Made by a program: the position numbers and the translations under genes. From an uncultured Bacteroidaceae bacterium (GTDB taxonomy: Bacteria > CAIWAD01), in NCBI GenBank assembly GCA_964345075.1, contig CAYFPS010000001.1:133726-197725 (forward strand): 64,000 nucleotides of DNA, given 5' to 3'. Positions within the stretch are counted from its first letter, which is position 1. Each line of letters opens with the position of its first letter. Shown here piece after piece: positions 29,499-38,027 of this stretch. A model generated the notes under the pieces. It saw nothing but the letters and a program-made list of their open reading frames with translations, was not told where the DNA came from and made no database searches.

Positions 29499-29620
29499 GT
29501 CTCTCTCCCATCCGGACTTTAACCGTCGGCATCCGAATTTCACGGATTCAGTCCCGAATAAACCGGGAGTCGCGGGCTGTCACCGCCGGCAGGGAATTTC
29601 ACCCAACCCCGAGAAACGAT
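29499..29620 (-). promoter_or_regulatory. FMN riboswitch (RFN element) leader of the rib operon
   Basis: Minus strand reads CTCGGGGTTGGGTGAAATTCCCTGCCGGCGGTGACAGCCCGCGACTCCCGG...GGACTGAATCCGTGAAATTCGGATGCCGACGGTTAAAGTCCGGATGGGAGAGAGA. These are the canonical RFN conserved blocks. It lies upstream of ribD. Confidence 0.9.
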
Positions 29621-29699
29621 TCCCAAATATAGCTCTCGAGCTTCGCTTCTCCCTCACGCGCAGCTTCAATGCTACCTTGCTCGAAAAGGAGTCTGGCTA

Positions 29700-30503
29700 A
29701 TGTGGCAGGGAACCCTCTGCAAGATGGACGCACGGCATGGGGCGGTGGTCGACTACACGCTTCAGGACAATCGCTCGCCCGAAAACCGCGTGGGCATGAA
29801 TCAGCTGCTGGGCAAGAAGCTAAGCATGAAAGCCACGGGAGCCCGTTTCTGCGTGGACTGTGGGGCACCTTCAACCAGCCTCTTTCGCCAGGGATCGTGT
29901 TACACATGCTTCACAACCCTACCGCAGAATGACGAATGCATTTTCAAGCCAGAACTCTGCCACTTCCACAGCGAAAGCAATCCTTGTCGCGACCCTGAAT
30001 GGGGGCGACAGGTGTGTTTCGCCCCCCATGTGCTATACCTGGCCGTCAGCAGCAACCTCAAGGTTGGCATCACTCGCCAGACACAGGTTCCCGTGCGCTG
30101 GATGGATCAGGGCGCAAGCTATGCCATGCCAGTTTTAAAGGTGCAGGATCGGCTGACTGTTGGCCTGATCGAGCACTCTCTAAAAAGCCATTTTGCCGAC
30201 AAAACCAACTGGCAGCGCATGCTGAAAAATGAAGTGGCGGAAGTTGATCTGAAGGCCGCCAGGCAGCAGGTGCTCGAGCTTGTATCACACGAACTTGAAG
30301 TGATCGACACCCCCCCGACTTACACATTTGAATACCCCAATCTGGAATGGCCTGCGAAAATCAAGAGCTTCAATCTGGAAAAGAATCCGCTGGTTGAGGG
30401 TCGCCTGATCGCCATCAAGGGTCAGTACCTGCTTCTGGATTCAGGAGTGATCAACATCAGGAAATTCGGCGGCTGGGAAGTTTCGCTGGATGTGGAAGAC
30501 TGA
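29700..30503 (+). CDS. Conserved hypothetical protein, DUF2797-like, with a Cys-rich N-terminal zinc-ribbon-like region
   Basis: 267 aa. CVDCG...CYTCF...CHFH...C Cys/His cluster. Stop codon overlaps the patatin start (ATGA). Confidence 0.5.
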   Translation: MWQGTLCKMDARHGAVVDYTLQDNRSPENRVGMNQLLGKKLSMKATGARFCVDCGAPSTSLFRQGSCYTCFTTLPQNDECIFKPELCHFHSESNPCRDPEWGRQVCFAPHVLYLAVSSNLKVGITRQTQVPVRWMDQGASYAMPVLKVQDRLTVGLIEHSLKSHFADKTNWQRMLKNEVAEVDLKAARQQVLELVSHELEVIDTPPTYTFEYPNLEWPAKIKSFNLEKNPLVEGRLIAIKGQYLLLDSGVINIRKFGGWEVSLDVED

Positions 30504-31372
30504 TGTTGCGCATATTTGTCCTGATTCTACTTGTGTCACAAGCTTTTTGCTCGGATAACGAAAAGCCCGTATTCGCACTTGCTCTTGGCGGCGGAGCTGC
30601 GCTGGGCTATGCCCATCTGGGCGTGATACAAGTACTGGAAGAAGAGGGCTTAAGGCCGGACCTGGTGATCGGCACTTCCATGGGTAGCATTGTCGGCGGC
30701 TACTACTGTGCGGGTGTCCCCTTTGATGGGATCATCAAAGAAGCCAACCGCCTCAACATTTTCAATCTGATCGACTGGAAGGTCGGTCGGCTGGGCTTCT
30801 TTGAATGGAAGAAGGTCAGGCGCAGAATGAAGCCCCTTCTGGGCGAGCTGGAATTTGCAGACGTGAATCCCCGCCTGCTTTGCGTGGCTACGGACCTGAA
30901 GAGCGGTGAAAAGGTTGTCGTGGGCGATGGCCCGTTGATTGACGGCATGCTCGCCTCCGCCACCATACCTGGCCTTTACCGGCCAGTTGAATGGCAGGGC
31001 CGCCTGCTGGTTGACGGTGGGCTGGTCGACGAAGTACCCGTGTATACGGCGCGGGAGGCAGGCGCTGATGTGGTGATTGCCGTTGACGTAAGTCACCCCC
31101 TGCTGGATGAAGAGCTGAAGGGCCCCTTCGACGCCATGCGACAGGCCTACTTCATTATTCAAATGCATAATGTGGACCAACGAAATGAGCTTGCCGATCT
31201 GATGATTCGTCCTGATCTTCAGGGGCTGGATTTTCATCGCTTCGGCGAAGTGGATGATGCCGTTGAACGGGGCCGCCAGGCCGCTCGGCAATCCCTCGCC
31301 GAGATCCGCGCTATCCTTGCCCGCAAGGGATGGACACCCTCCCCTCAACAACAGGAAAGGAGTTCACCATGA
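30503..31372 (+). CDS. Patatin-like phospholipase (RssA/NTE family)
   Basis: GGGAALGYAHLGV oxyanion motif, GTSMGS (GxSxG) serine, and DGG catalytic Asp motif. Confidence 0.85.
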   Translation: MLRIFVLILLVSQAFCSDNEKPVFALALGGGAALGYAHLGVIQVLEEEGLRPDLVIGTSMGSIVGGYYCAGVPFDGIIKEANRLNIFNLIDWKVGRLGFFEWKKVRRRMKPLLGELEFADVNPRLLCVATDLKSGEKVVVGDGPLIDGMLASATIPGLYRPVEWQGRLLVDGGLVDEVPVYTAREAGADVVIAVDVSHPLLDEELKGPFDAMRQAYFIIQMHNVDQRNELADLMIRPDLQGLDFHRFGEVDDAVERGRQAARQSLAEIRAILARKGWTPSPQQQERSSP

Positions 31373-31548
31373 GTCATTCCGTGGAAGATCGCCTGATTCG
31401 ACTTGAGGAGAAAATCGCGCACATGGAGCGCCTGCTGGAACAGCTCAATCAGGCCACCCTGGATCAGGAGCTGCGCATTGAGCGTGTGCAGGCCGGACTT
31501 GAACATGTGAAGCACAGCGTTGCCAGCACAGGCGGTAGCGATTCGTGA
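31369..31548 (+). CDS. slyX: SlyX-family coiled-coil protein
   Basis: 59 aa. VEDRLIRLEEKIAHMERLLEQLNQ... is a SlyX-like heptad pattern. AAAGGAG RBS present. Start overlaps the patatin stop. Confidence 0.6.
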   Translation: MSHSVEDRLIRLEEKIAHMERLLEQLNQATLDQELRIERVQAGLEHVKHSVASTGGSDS

Positions 31549-33005
31549 TACAAGACGCCAAGCGCCTGCTGACAGAAATCTGGGGACACTCAACCTTTCG
31601 TGGCAGCCAGCAGGCCGTAATTGAGCGGACACTTGGCAAACAGAGCACGCTCTGTATCATGCCGACAGGCTCGGGCAAGAGCCTGTGTTATCAGATTCCC
31701 GCCATGTTGCTGGATGGCTGCTGCGTGGTTGTATCACCGCTGGTCGCCCTGATGAAAGATCAGGTTGACCGCCTGAAGACCCTGGGCGTCCGCGCCGAGA
31801 CCATCAACTCCAGCCTTTCCCGCGAAGCCCGAGAAGCCGTTCAGGCAAAGCTTGGAGATGACCCTCCGGATCTGCTCTACGTTACGCCAGAGCGCTTCAG
31901 AAAGCCCGAATTCCGCGAGCAACTGACGCAGCTGAAGGTCAACCTGCTGGCTGTGGACGAGGCGCACTGCATCAGCGAATGGGGCCATGACTTCAGACCC
32001 GATTACACACGCATGCGCGAGATCCGCGGGCTTCTGGGCAATCCACCCGTGATCGCCCTGACGGCCACGGCAACGCCTTCTGTGCAGGAGGACATTCGCC
32101 AGCAGCTGGGCTTGGAAGCCCGTGACTTTCCCGTGATTCACGATGGCGTAGAGCGTCCGAATCTGGCGCTGGCCGTAGGCGACATGCACGGCGAGGCTGA
32201 AAAGATCCGTCGCATTCAACAGCTGCTCGCCCGCGCGCGCGGATCGGCAATCCTCTACTTCGCCCTGATCAAAACGCTTAGTCAGTTCAGCCTCAAACTG
32301 GAAAAGGCCGGGATCAGGCACATCGTGTATCACGGCAAGCTGAGCGCAGCAGAGCGCAGGCGAAATCAGGAAGCCTTCATGCAGGGCCGCGAGAGGCTTG
32401 TGCTGGCAACCAACGCTTTTGGTCTTGGTGTTGACAAGGCCGACATCGGCTTGATCATACATGCCGAAGCGCCGGGAAGCCTTGAGGCCTATGCGCAGGA
32501 AATCGGCCGCGCCGGGCGTGATGGCCTGCCCGCTCACTGCGAGCTGCTCTACGATCAGCAGGATCTGCTGATTCAGATGGAATTTGTGGACTGGGCCAAT
32601 CCCTCGCCGGATTTCACCGAGAGGCTATTCGGGCTGCTCAAGAGTCGCCTGCGCGAGTTTCAGGGCAAGGGCGGGCTGGAGGCGCTGCGCGAAGAAATGG
32701 TCTTCAAAACCCGTGGCGACTTTCGACTGGAAACGGCCATCAGACTGCTTGAACGACACGGTGCGCTGGAAGGCGACCTGGACGAGCATAATCTGCGGCT
32801 GAAGGTCGATGAGCTGCCCGATCTCCTGGCCGATCCCGACTGGATTGAGTCCAAGAAAAAGCGCGATCTCTCGCGCCTGCACGACCTGGTGCGTTATGCC
32901 GGGGAGGAGATATGTCGCCGCAGCTGCCTGCATGCGCATTTTGGCTTTAATGAAACAAGGCCTTGCGGCATCTGTGATTTGTGCATGATGGATAGCGCGG
33001 TTTAG
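31545..33005 (+). CDS. recQ: ATP-dependent DNA helicase, RecQ family
   Basis: FRGSQQAVI...MPTGSGKSLCYQIP, DEAH (VDEAHCISEWGHDFR), and RecQ-Ct zinc-binding Cys cluster. 486 aa. Confidence 0.9.
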   Translation: MIQDAKRLLTEIWGHSTFRGSQQAVIERTLGKQSTLCIMPTGSGKSLCYQIPAMLLDGCCVVVSPLVALMKDQVDRLKTLGVRAETINSSLSREAREAVQAKLGDDPPDLLYVTPERFRKPEFREQLTQLKVNLLAVDEAHCISEWGHDFRPDYTRMREIRGLLGNPPVIALTATATPSVQEDIRQQLGLEARDFPVIHDGVERPNLALAVGDMHGEAEKIRRIQQLLARARGSAILYFALIKTLSQFSLKLEKAGIRHIVYHGKLSAAERRRNQEAFMQGRERLVLATNAFGLGVDKADIGLIIHAEAPGSLEAYAQEIGRAGRDGLPAHCELLYDQQDLLIQMEFVDWANPSPDFTERLFGLLKSRLREFQGKGGLEALREEMVFKTRGDFRLETAIRLLERHGALEGDLDEHNLRLKVDELPDLLADPDWIESKKKRDLSRLHDLVRYAGEEICRRSCLHAHFGFNETRPCGICDLCMMDSAV

Positions 33006-33034
33006 CTGGTGTAGGTGTGTTAGGGTTGGTGTAT

Positions 33035-33073
33035 GAAAAGTGCCAGACACGTGCCAGACACGTGTCTGGCGCC
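33035..33073. repeat. GAAAAG-led palindromic repeat, copy A (truncated): TGCCAGACACG TGCCAGACACG TGTCTGGC
   Basis: Direct copy of the element at 33383-33438. Perfect hairpin GCCAGACACGTGTCTGGC, located 30 nt after the recQ stop. Confidence 0.8.
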
Positions 33074-33382
33074 CGGCTTGCCTGAACCACCGCTACATGC
33101 CACCTTGTTAGCCAAGCCAAACTTTGGGGCGCGCAGGTGAAAGCAGCTGAAAAATCGGTCGCATCGTGGTGGCGACGGTTTAGCCAATCAGCCAGAAAAT
33201 TGGGCCCATATGCCTTCTTCTTCTTTCTGGCCAAGGGCCTTCTCTGGCTCATTCTGCCCAGCCTGCTGCTGATTGAGTCCTGCGCGCTTTCCTGATCTCC
33301 AGGCTGAACTTCCAGAACGTTATCCTCCCCGGGGAGCCAGAGCCATCGTCTTACGAGGATAGCTGTGCGATGATTTCGTAAA

Positions 33383-33438
33383 GAAAAGTGCCAGACAGGT
33401 GCCAGACACGTGTCTGGCACCTGTCTGGCACCGTGTCC
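33383..33438. repeat. GAAAAG-led 42-bp perfect palindrome, copy B: TGCCAGACAGGTGCCAGACACGTGTCTGGCACCTGTCTGGCA
   Basis: 21-bp perfect inverted arms around a CACGTG core. Matches copy A with one half-site substitution. Confidence 0.8.
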
Positions 33439-33501
33439 ACTTTCCCTGTCAACTCTCCCCCCAATTCACGATCCTTCGGCCACAGCGAGGAGGACCCTTC
33501 C

Positions 33502-34212
33502 ATGAAAACGAATCAACCAAGCATCGAGCATCTGGTTCATCGGCAGGCCAGGCTCTTTGATCTGCGCAGCCGCTTGCAAGTTGAGCCCAGTGAAAAGGTT
33601 CAGCCCTTCATTACCATTTCCCGCGAGTTTGCCTGCACGGGCTTCCGGCTTGGCATGGCTCTGCTGGACTGCCTGAATGCAGGCCTGATGGAAGAAGAGC
33701 AATGGTCCATTTATGATCGCCGCATTTTCGAGCTGATCGAGGGTGATCCGGAAATGAATCGCCGCTTTTTTGAGGAGCACATTCAGCGGCGCAACATGGA
33801 GTTCGAGGAATACCTCAATTCAACCTTTGGCTCGGCGCCTTCGGACATCAGTCTCTTCAACCGCTGGGCCAATGCCATGCGCAACCTGGCGCGCAAGGGC
33901 CGCTGCATTTTCGTCGGTCGCGCCAGTCAGCTTGTCACACGGGATATCCTCGGTGGCATCCACATTCGCATTGTAGCGCCCTTCGAATGGCGGGTGGCTG
34001 AGCACGCCAAGAACTACGGCCTGCTGGAAACCGAAGCTCGCACACTTACCCGGCTTAAAGACCGGGAGCGAAAGGAGTTCCTCAACCGTTACTTCGGTGC
34101 GGACACGACAGACACTTCCGGCTTTCACCTGCTTATCAACAACGCGCTTGTATCACAGGATGACATGGTGCGCATCATTCTTGGGCTGATGGGAATGAAG
34201 TGCAGGAAATAG
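33502..34212 (+). CDS. Cytidylate-kinase-like family protein (P-loop NTPase fold, PF13189-like)
   Basis: MKTNQPSIEHL...PFITISREFACTG... CMP-kinase-like N-terminus. GAGGAGG RBS. The annotated ORF extends upstream into the palindrome. Confidence 0.55.
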   Translation: MKTNQPSIEHLVHRQARLFDLRSRLQVEPSEKVQPFITISREFACTGFRLGMALLDCLNAGLMEEEQWSIYDRRIFELIEGDPEMNRRFFEEHIQRRNMEFEEYLNSTFGSAPSDISLFNRWANAMRNLARKGRCIFVGRASQLVTRDILGGIHIRIVAPFEWRVAEHAKNYGLLETEARTLTRLKDRERKEFLNRYFGADTTDTSGFHLLINNALVSQDDMVRIILGLMGMKCRK

Positions 34213-34296
34213 CCGGCAGCGCCAGGTGCCTTAAATAGAAAAGCGTCCCGATTATTCGGGACGCTTTTTGATTCATGCTAATTGATCAGGCTCTGT

Positions 34297-37200
34297 CTAC
34301 TTGACCAGCAACATCTTCTCCACCGCGCTTCCATAAGCGCTTTCCACACGCAGCACATAGAGTCCGGCCGGACGACCCGCCATGTCCAGTGATACATTGT
34401 GGCTGCCAGCATTCAGCCCGGCAACCAGCTGCCGCTCGACACGCTGTCCAGCCAGATTGTATACGGCCAGCTCGACATCGCCCATGGCTGGCATGCTGAA
34501 GGCCACAGTGGTCGTGGGGTTGAAGGGGTTCGGGTAAAGGCCCGTCAGCTCAAAGCGCCCGGGAAGGGACTTCGGATCACTGACATCATTAAAGTCCGCC
34601 GTGCCGCCCGCATCATGATAGCGCTGGGCGAACTCCTGCAGGTACTGGTTGGCAATCAGGTTGTCGTGTATCACAACCAGATTTTCGTCGTTATCGTATT
34701 CGGCACTGTTGGACCAGTTGTAGCTGCCCGTGATCACCATTGGATCGCTGCCGGGCTCTTCAGCATCAATGATCATGTACTTGTGATGCAAAATGCCCGT
34801 GCCCGCATCGGTGAAGATATCGGCACCCCAGGCCTGCATTAGCGCGTACTCGCTGTACTGGTCGCCCTCGTCATCAAACACACCACGCACGGCCGCGCCG
34901 CGATCAAAGGCATCGTTCATGGCGTAATTCAGCTCGTTGCGTGTAAAGACCAGAATGCAGAAGTAGATGGACTCTTCAGCCGTGTCGATGTAGTTGACCA
35001 GACGCTGGCTGACATTGTCGCCCTGGCTGAAAAGCACTTCAACAGGCACACCGCCTACCGTGAAGTACTTGGGCGTGTTGTTCGTCTTGTAGGCGCCGTA
35101 GCGTGCCTCGGTGGGATCAGGCGTCATGCCCGCGCTGCCCCACATCTCATTGAATTCCATCGTATACGCACGCGCCACGGCCTGATCGGCAATCAACACA
35201 CTGTTCTGCTTGGCCCAGATGCCGTAGCTGCTGGGTTCATCAATCAGGTTGAGGCTGCCCGTCCAGACACGGTCATTGGCAGGATCATCGTCGGCAGCGT
35301 CAACCACGATGAACTTGTTGTGCTGAATTCCGGCACCCGGGTGGGTACCAAAGTGATTGTCGATCACGGTCACACCGGCGTTTTCAATCTGGGCCACTTC
35401 GCCCTGACTGTGATCGGCATCATAGATGAAGCGCACGGCCACACCGCGATCGTGTGCGTCAATAATCGCCTGCGCGATCTCAAAAATGTTCAGGCTGTAG
35501 ATGGCGCAGTCGAGACTGACCGTCGCTCCATCAATCAGGTTGATGATCTCACTCAAGACATCGTGATCGCCGTTGGCTTCGTTGCCGGGGAAGGCATAGG
35601 CCGGGTCCACATCCTGTGTAAAGAAGACCTCGATGGTACCGGGGCTGCCGGCGGACACGGTCGAAAACCAGTAGGTGCCGGCCATGCTGGCGCCATCTTC
35701 GTTCCAGGCGCCGATGCGCGCCCAGTAGGGCGTTCCGGCATCAAGGCCGTCCAGGGTCACCTCATGAGTTGTGGTGCTGTTGCCAAGGGCAAGGCTGTCG
35801 AGAATTTCGCCGTCCAGCGTACCGTGTACGACAATGGTTCCACCAGGATTCTGGCTCTGCCAGGAAAGCGTGACGGAACTGGTCGTGTGATCGCTTTCAA
35901 AGGGGCCGGCCGCCAGACCCGGTCCGGCAATCTGAATCTGATCACTCAAAAGACGGGGCTGTAGCTGATAACCACTGGTATGCGGAGCGCTGAAGTCGTA
36001 CTGACCAACCACGCCCACCAGGTCGAACTCACCGGCAGGAATGGGCGCGCCCACCAGCCCGCAGGAAGCATTGATACGAACCGTCGTTGAACCCGTCGCG
36101 TCGCTCACCGAATAGTTTGTATTACCGGCCCAGGTGCCGGAGCCTTCAACCGTGATACCGCTCAGGCGAACCAGCATGCCTTCCCAGGGCTCGCCGGCGG
36201 CACCCTGGTTTTCGATATCGGCGCAGCCCAGCAGTGCAGGCTCAACATCCACGCCAGTAGCGTTGGTGGAAAGAATCGTAGCGGGGGTGAGCTCAACAAG
36301 ACCATTGTAAAGCGTGACCACACCCAGCACGGTCACATCGTCGCCGATGCTCACGGCATTGGAAAAGGCGAAATCGTAACACACGATGCCGCCCGTTGCG
36401 TCCTGCATGTAGGAGGCGCTGCCCAGCTGATTGGAGGCCGTGACCACACCGCGAACCACAACCGTTTCGCCCAGCAGGTAAGGAATACCGTTGGTGTCGT
36501 TGTTATGCAGTTCGGCGATTTCGATCGGGTCGCCGATCACATTGATCACGGGCGGGGTACCGATAATGGAAGGAACACCGCCCTCAACGGCCGTACGCAC
36601 GGCAATTGTATACGGACCGCTCGCGGTGGTAAAGGAAACCTGTGTCAGCTCGAAAGTCCCGGAAACACCCGTATTCACGGTCGATCCCGTCACACGCCAG
36701 GTATCACCGTCCTGCTCCAGGCTGGCTCCGGAAAAGCCGTCACCGCTCAAGTTGACCTCGGCAGCCGACCAGCCCGCGGGCAGCTCAAGCTCGATGGTGG
36801 GCAGCAGGTATTCGCCGCCCGTAATTGTCACATCAAAATCCTCAGGGCCGGGCGCGTAGAGTTGAGCCACGCTGCAGGTGGCCGTTCCGGAACCATCCGT
36901 CAGCGGCTCGTCCGGCTCGGGCGTCGAGCTCGAGTTCTGCGGATTGGAATTACCCAGGGCGTGTATCACAAAGTCGGCTGCGTTGTTGCCGCTATCCCAG
37001 GCGTTTCCTTCAAGACTGTGCGCGCCACCGGCCACCATGTCGGCCAGCGTCGAGTTTTCAAAGGCCTTGCGCTCAAAGGATGCGCCGCGCTCGTGAGCAT
37101 CCAGCCCAGTGCCCTCGGGAGAGTCTGCAGCCAGCCAGCCCACGCGGTCGATCTCTTCCTGTGAGCCATTGATGATGCGCACATGGCCGCCGCTGTTGCC

Positions 37201-37524
37201 CAGTCCCATGGCAACGGTAAAAGGATAGTCAGGCGTGGTCTCGGTGGATGTGCCGCCAATCAGCAGGAAGCTGTGCGGGCCAATCTGCGCTCCAGCGGCA
37301 AAGGTCTGCTTGTCCAGCCAGCTGTCGCCGGTGGAGGACTTGTACTGCAGCTTCCAGCCGCTCATGTCCACACTGAAGTTGGTTGGATTGTAGAGTTCGA
37401 CAAACTCTTCCAGCACAAGCGAGGTCTCGTAGAAGCGAAGCTCGCTGATCACCGGGTAGTCGGCCATCTGGGCCAGAAGGGGGCCGGCCACCATCAGTCC
37501 GGCAAGCAGGGGAAGTGTCTTCAT
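34297..37524 (-). CDS. Secreted lamin-tail-domain / phospholipase-D (HKD) superfamily protein with T9SS C-terminal sorting domain. Candidate extracellular nuclease or phospholipase.
   Basis: Signal peptide. N-terminal lamin-tail-like region (LYNPTNFSVDMSGWKL). Two HKD motifs (IQHNKFIVVD, ILHHKYMIID). C-terminus GLYPNPFNPTTTVAFSMPAMGDVELAVYNLAGQRV...VEKMLLVK. Confidence 0.75.
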   Translation of the reverse strand: MKTLPLLAGLMVAGPLLAQMADYPVISELRFYETSLVLEEFVELYNPTNFSVDMSGWKLQYKSSTGDSWLDKQTFAAGAQIGPHSFLLIGGTSTETTPDYPFTVAMGLGNSGGHVRIINGSQEEIDRVGWLAADSPEGTGLDAHERGASFERKAFENSTLADMVAGGAHSLEGNAWDSGNNAADFVIHALGNSNPQNSSSTPEPDEPLTDGSGTATCSVAQLYAPGPEDFDVTITGGEYLLPTIELELPAGWSAAEVNLSGDGFSGASLEQDGDTWRVTGSTVNTGVSGTFELTQVSFTTASGPYTIAVRTAVEGGVPSIIGTPPVINVIGDPIEIAELHNNDTNGIPYLLGETVVVRGVVTASNQLGSASYMQDATGGIVCYDFAFSNAVSIGDDVTVLGVVTLYNGLVELTPATILSTNATGVDVEPALLGCADIENQGAAGEPWEGMLVRLSGITVEGSGTWAGNTNYSVSDATGSTTVRINASCGLVGAPIPAGEFDLVGVVGQYDFSAPHTSGYQLQPRLLSDQIQIAGPGLAAGPFESDHTTSSVTLSWQSQNPGGTIVVHGTLDGEILDSLALGNSTTTHEVTLDGLDAGTPYWARIGAWNEDGASMAGTYWFSTVSAGSPGTIEVFFTQDVDPAYAFPGNEANGDHDVLSEIINLIDGATVSLDCAIYSLNIFEIAQAIIDAHDRGVAVRFIYDADHSQGEVAQIENAGVTVIDNHFGTHPGAGIQHNKFIVVDAADDDPANDRVWTGSLNLIDEPSSYGIWAKQNSVLIADQAVARAYTMEFNEMWGSAGMTPDPTEARYGAYKTNNTPKYFTVGGVPVEVLFSQGDNVSQRLVNYIDTAEESIYFCILVFTRNELNYAMNDAFDRGAAVRGVFDDEGDQYSEYALMQAWGADIFTDAGTGILHHKYMIIDAEEPGSDPMVITGSYNWSNSAEYDNDENLVVIHDNLIANQYLQEFAQRYHDAGGTADFNDVSDPKSLPGRFELTGLYPNPFNPTTTVAFSMPAMGDVELAVYNLAGQRVERQLVAGLNAGSHNVSLDMAGRPAGLYVLRVESAYGSAVEKMLLVK

Positions 37525-37525
37525 A

Positions 37526-38026
37526 TCAGACTCCTTTGATGTTCATGAAGGCTTCCAACTGGAAGCGGTGCCGAAGCGGGTGCATGACCGCGTGCTCCAG
37601 CATGGAATCGATGCAGTACTGGACCTCCCAGTCCGAAGGGTAGGAGGGAATGTAAAAGGCGCGCTGCTTCACGCCCTTCAGCCGCTCACCCCAGCGTTCC
37701 AGCAGGTGCTCGAGCCAGGCGAGGGCTTGCCTGTAGTTGGTGTCCAGATCCTGTGATCCATCCAGCTTTGGTGCCGGCTGAATTTCGGGATCAGGCAGGT
37801 CCAGCTGTTTGCAGATCCAGAGCATTTCGCTTCGCGCGGCAGAGTGCACGTGATACAAAAGTGCTTCGGGGCTGGCGTAATCCGGATCTTCATTGTCCGA
37901 GAGCGTTCCGCCACCAGCCACCCAGCGCCGCCAGACTTCAAGAAAGGCGCGCTGCTCGCGCTCGTGCAGCTCAACCAGTGCTCGCGCGCCGCCGTAAAGA
38001 AATTCGGCTGTGGCCGGATTGCTCAT
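37526..38026 (-). CDS. Hypothetical protein, possibly a DinB/YfiT-like metal-dependent four-helix-bundle enzyme
   Basis: 166 aa with His-rich motifs (HVHSAA, LEHAVMHPLRH). Spaced 2 nt from the downstream PLD gene. Confidence 0.35.
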   Translation of the reverse strand: MSNPATAEFLYGGARALVELHEREQRAFLEVWRRWVAGGGTLSDNEDPDYASPEALLYHVHSAARSEMLWICKQLDLPDPEIQPAPKLDGSQDLDTNYRQALAWLEHLLERWGERLKGVKQRAFYIPSYPSDWEVQYCIDSMLEHAVMHPLRHRFQLEAFMNIKGV

Positions 38027-38027
38027 C

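Noticed and set aside
32947-33420. 157-aa minus-strand ORF spanning the recQ downstream region
   Set aside because: It is an artefact of the two palindromic repeats (the same peptide words DTCLA.VWHFS recur). No RBS, and composition is atypical.
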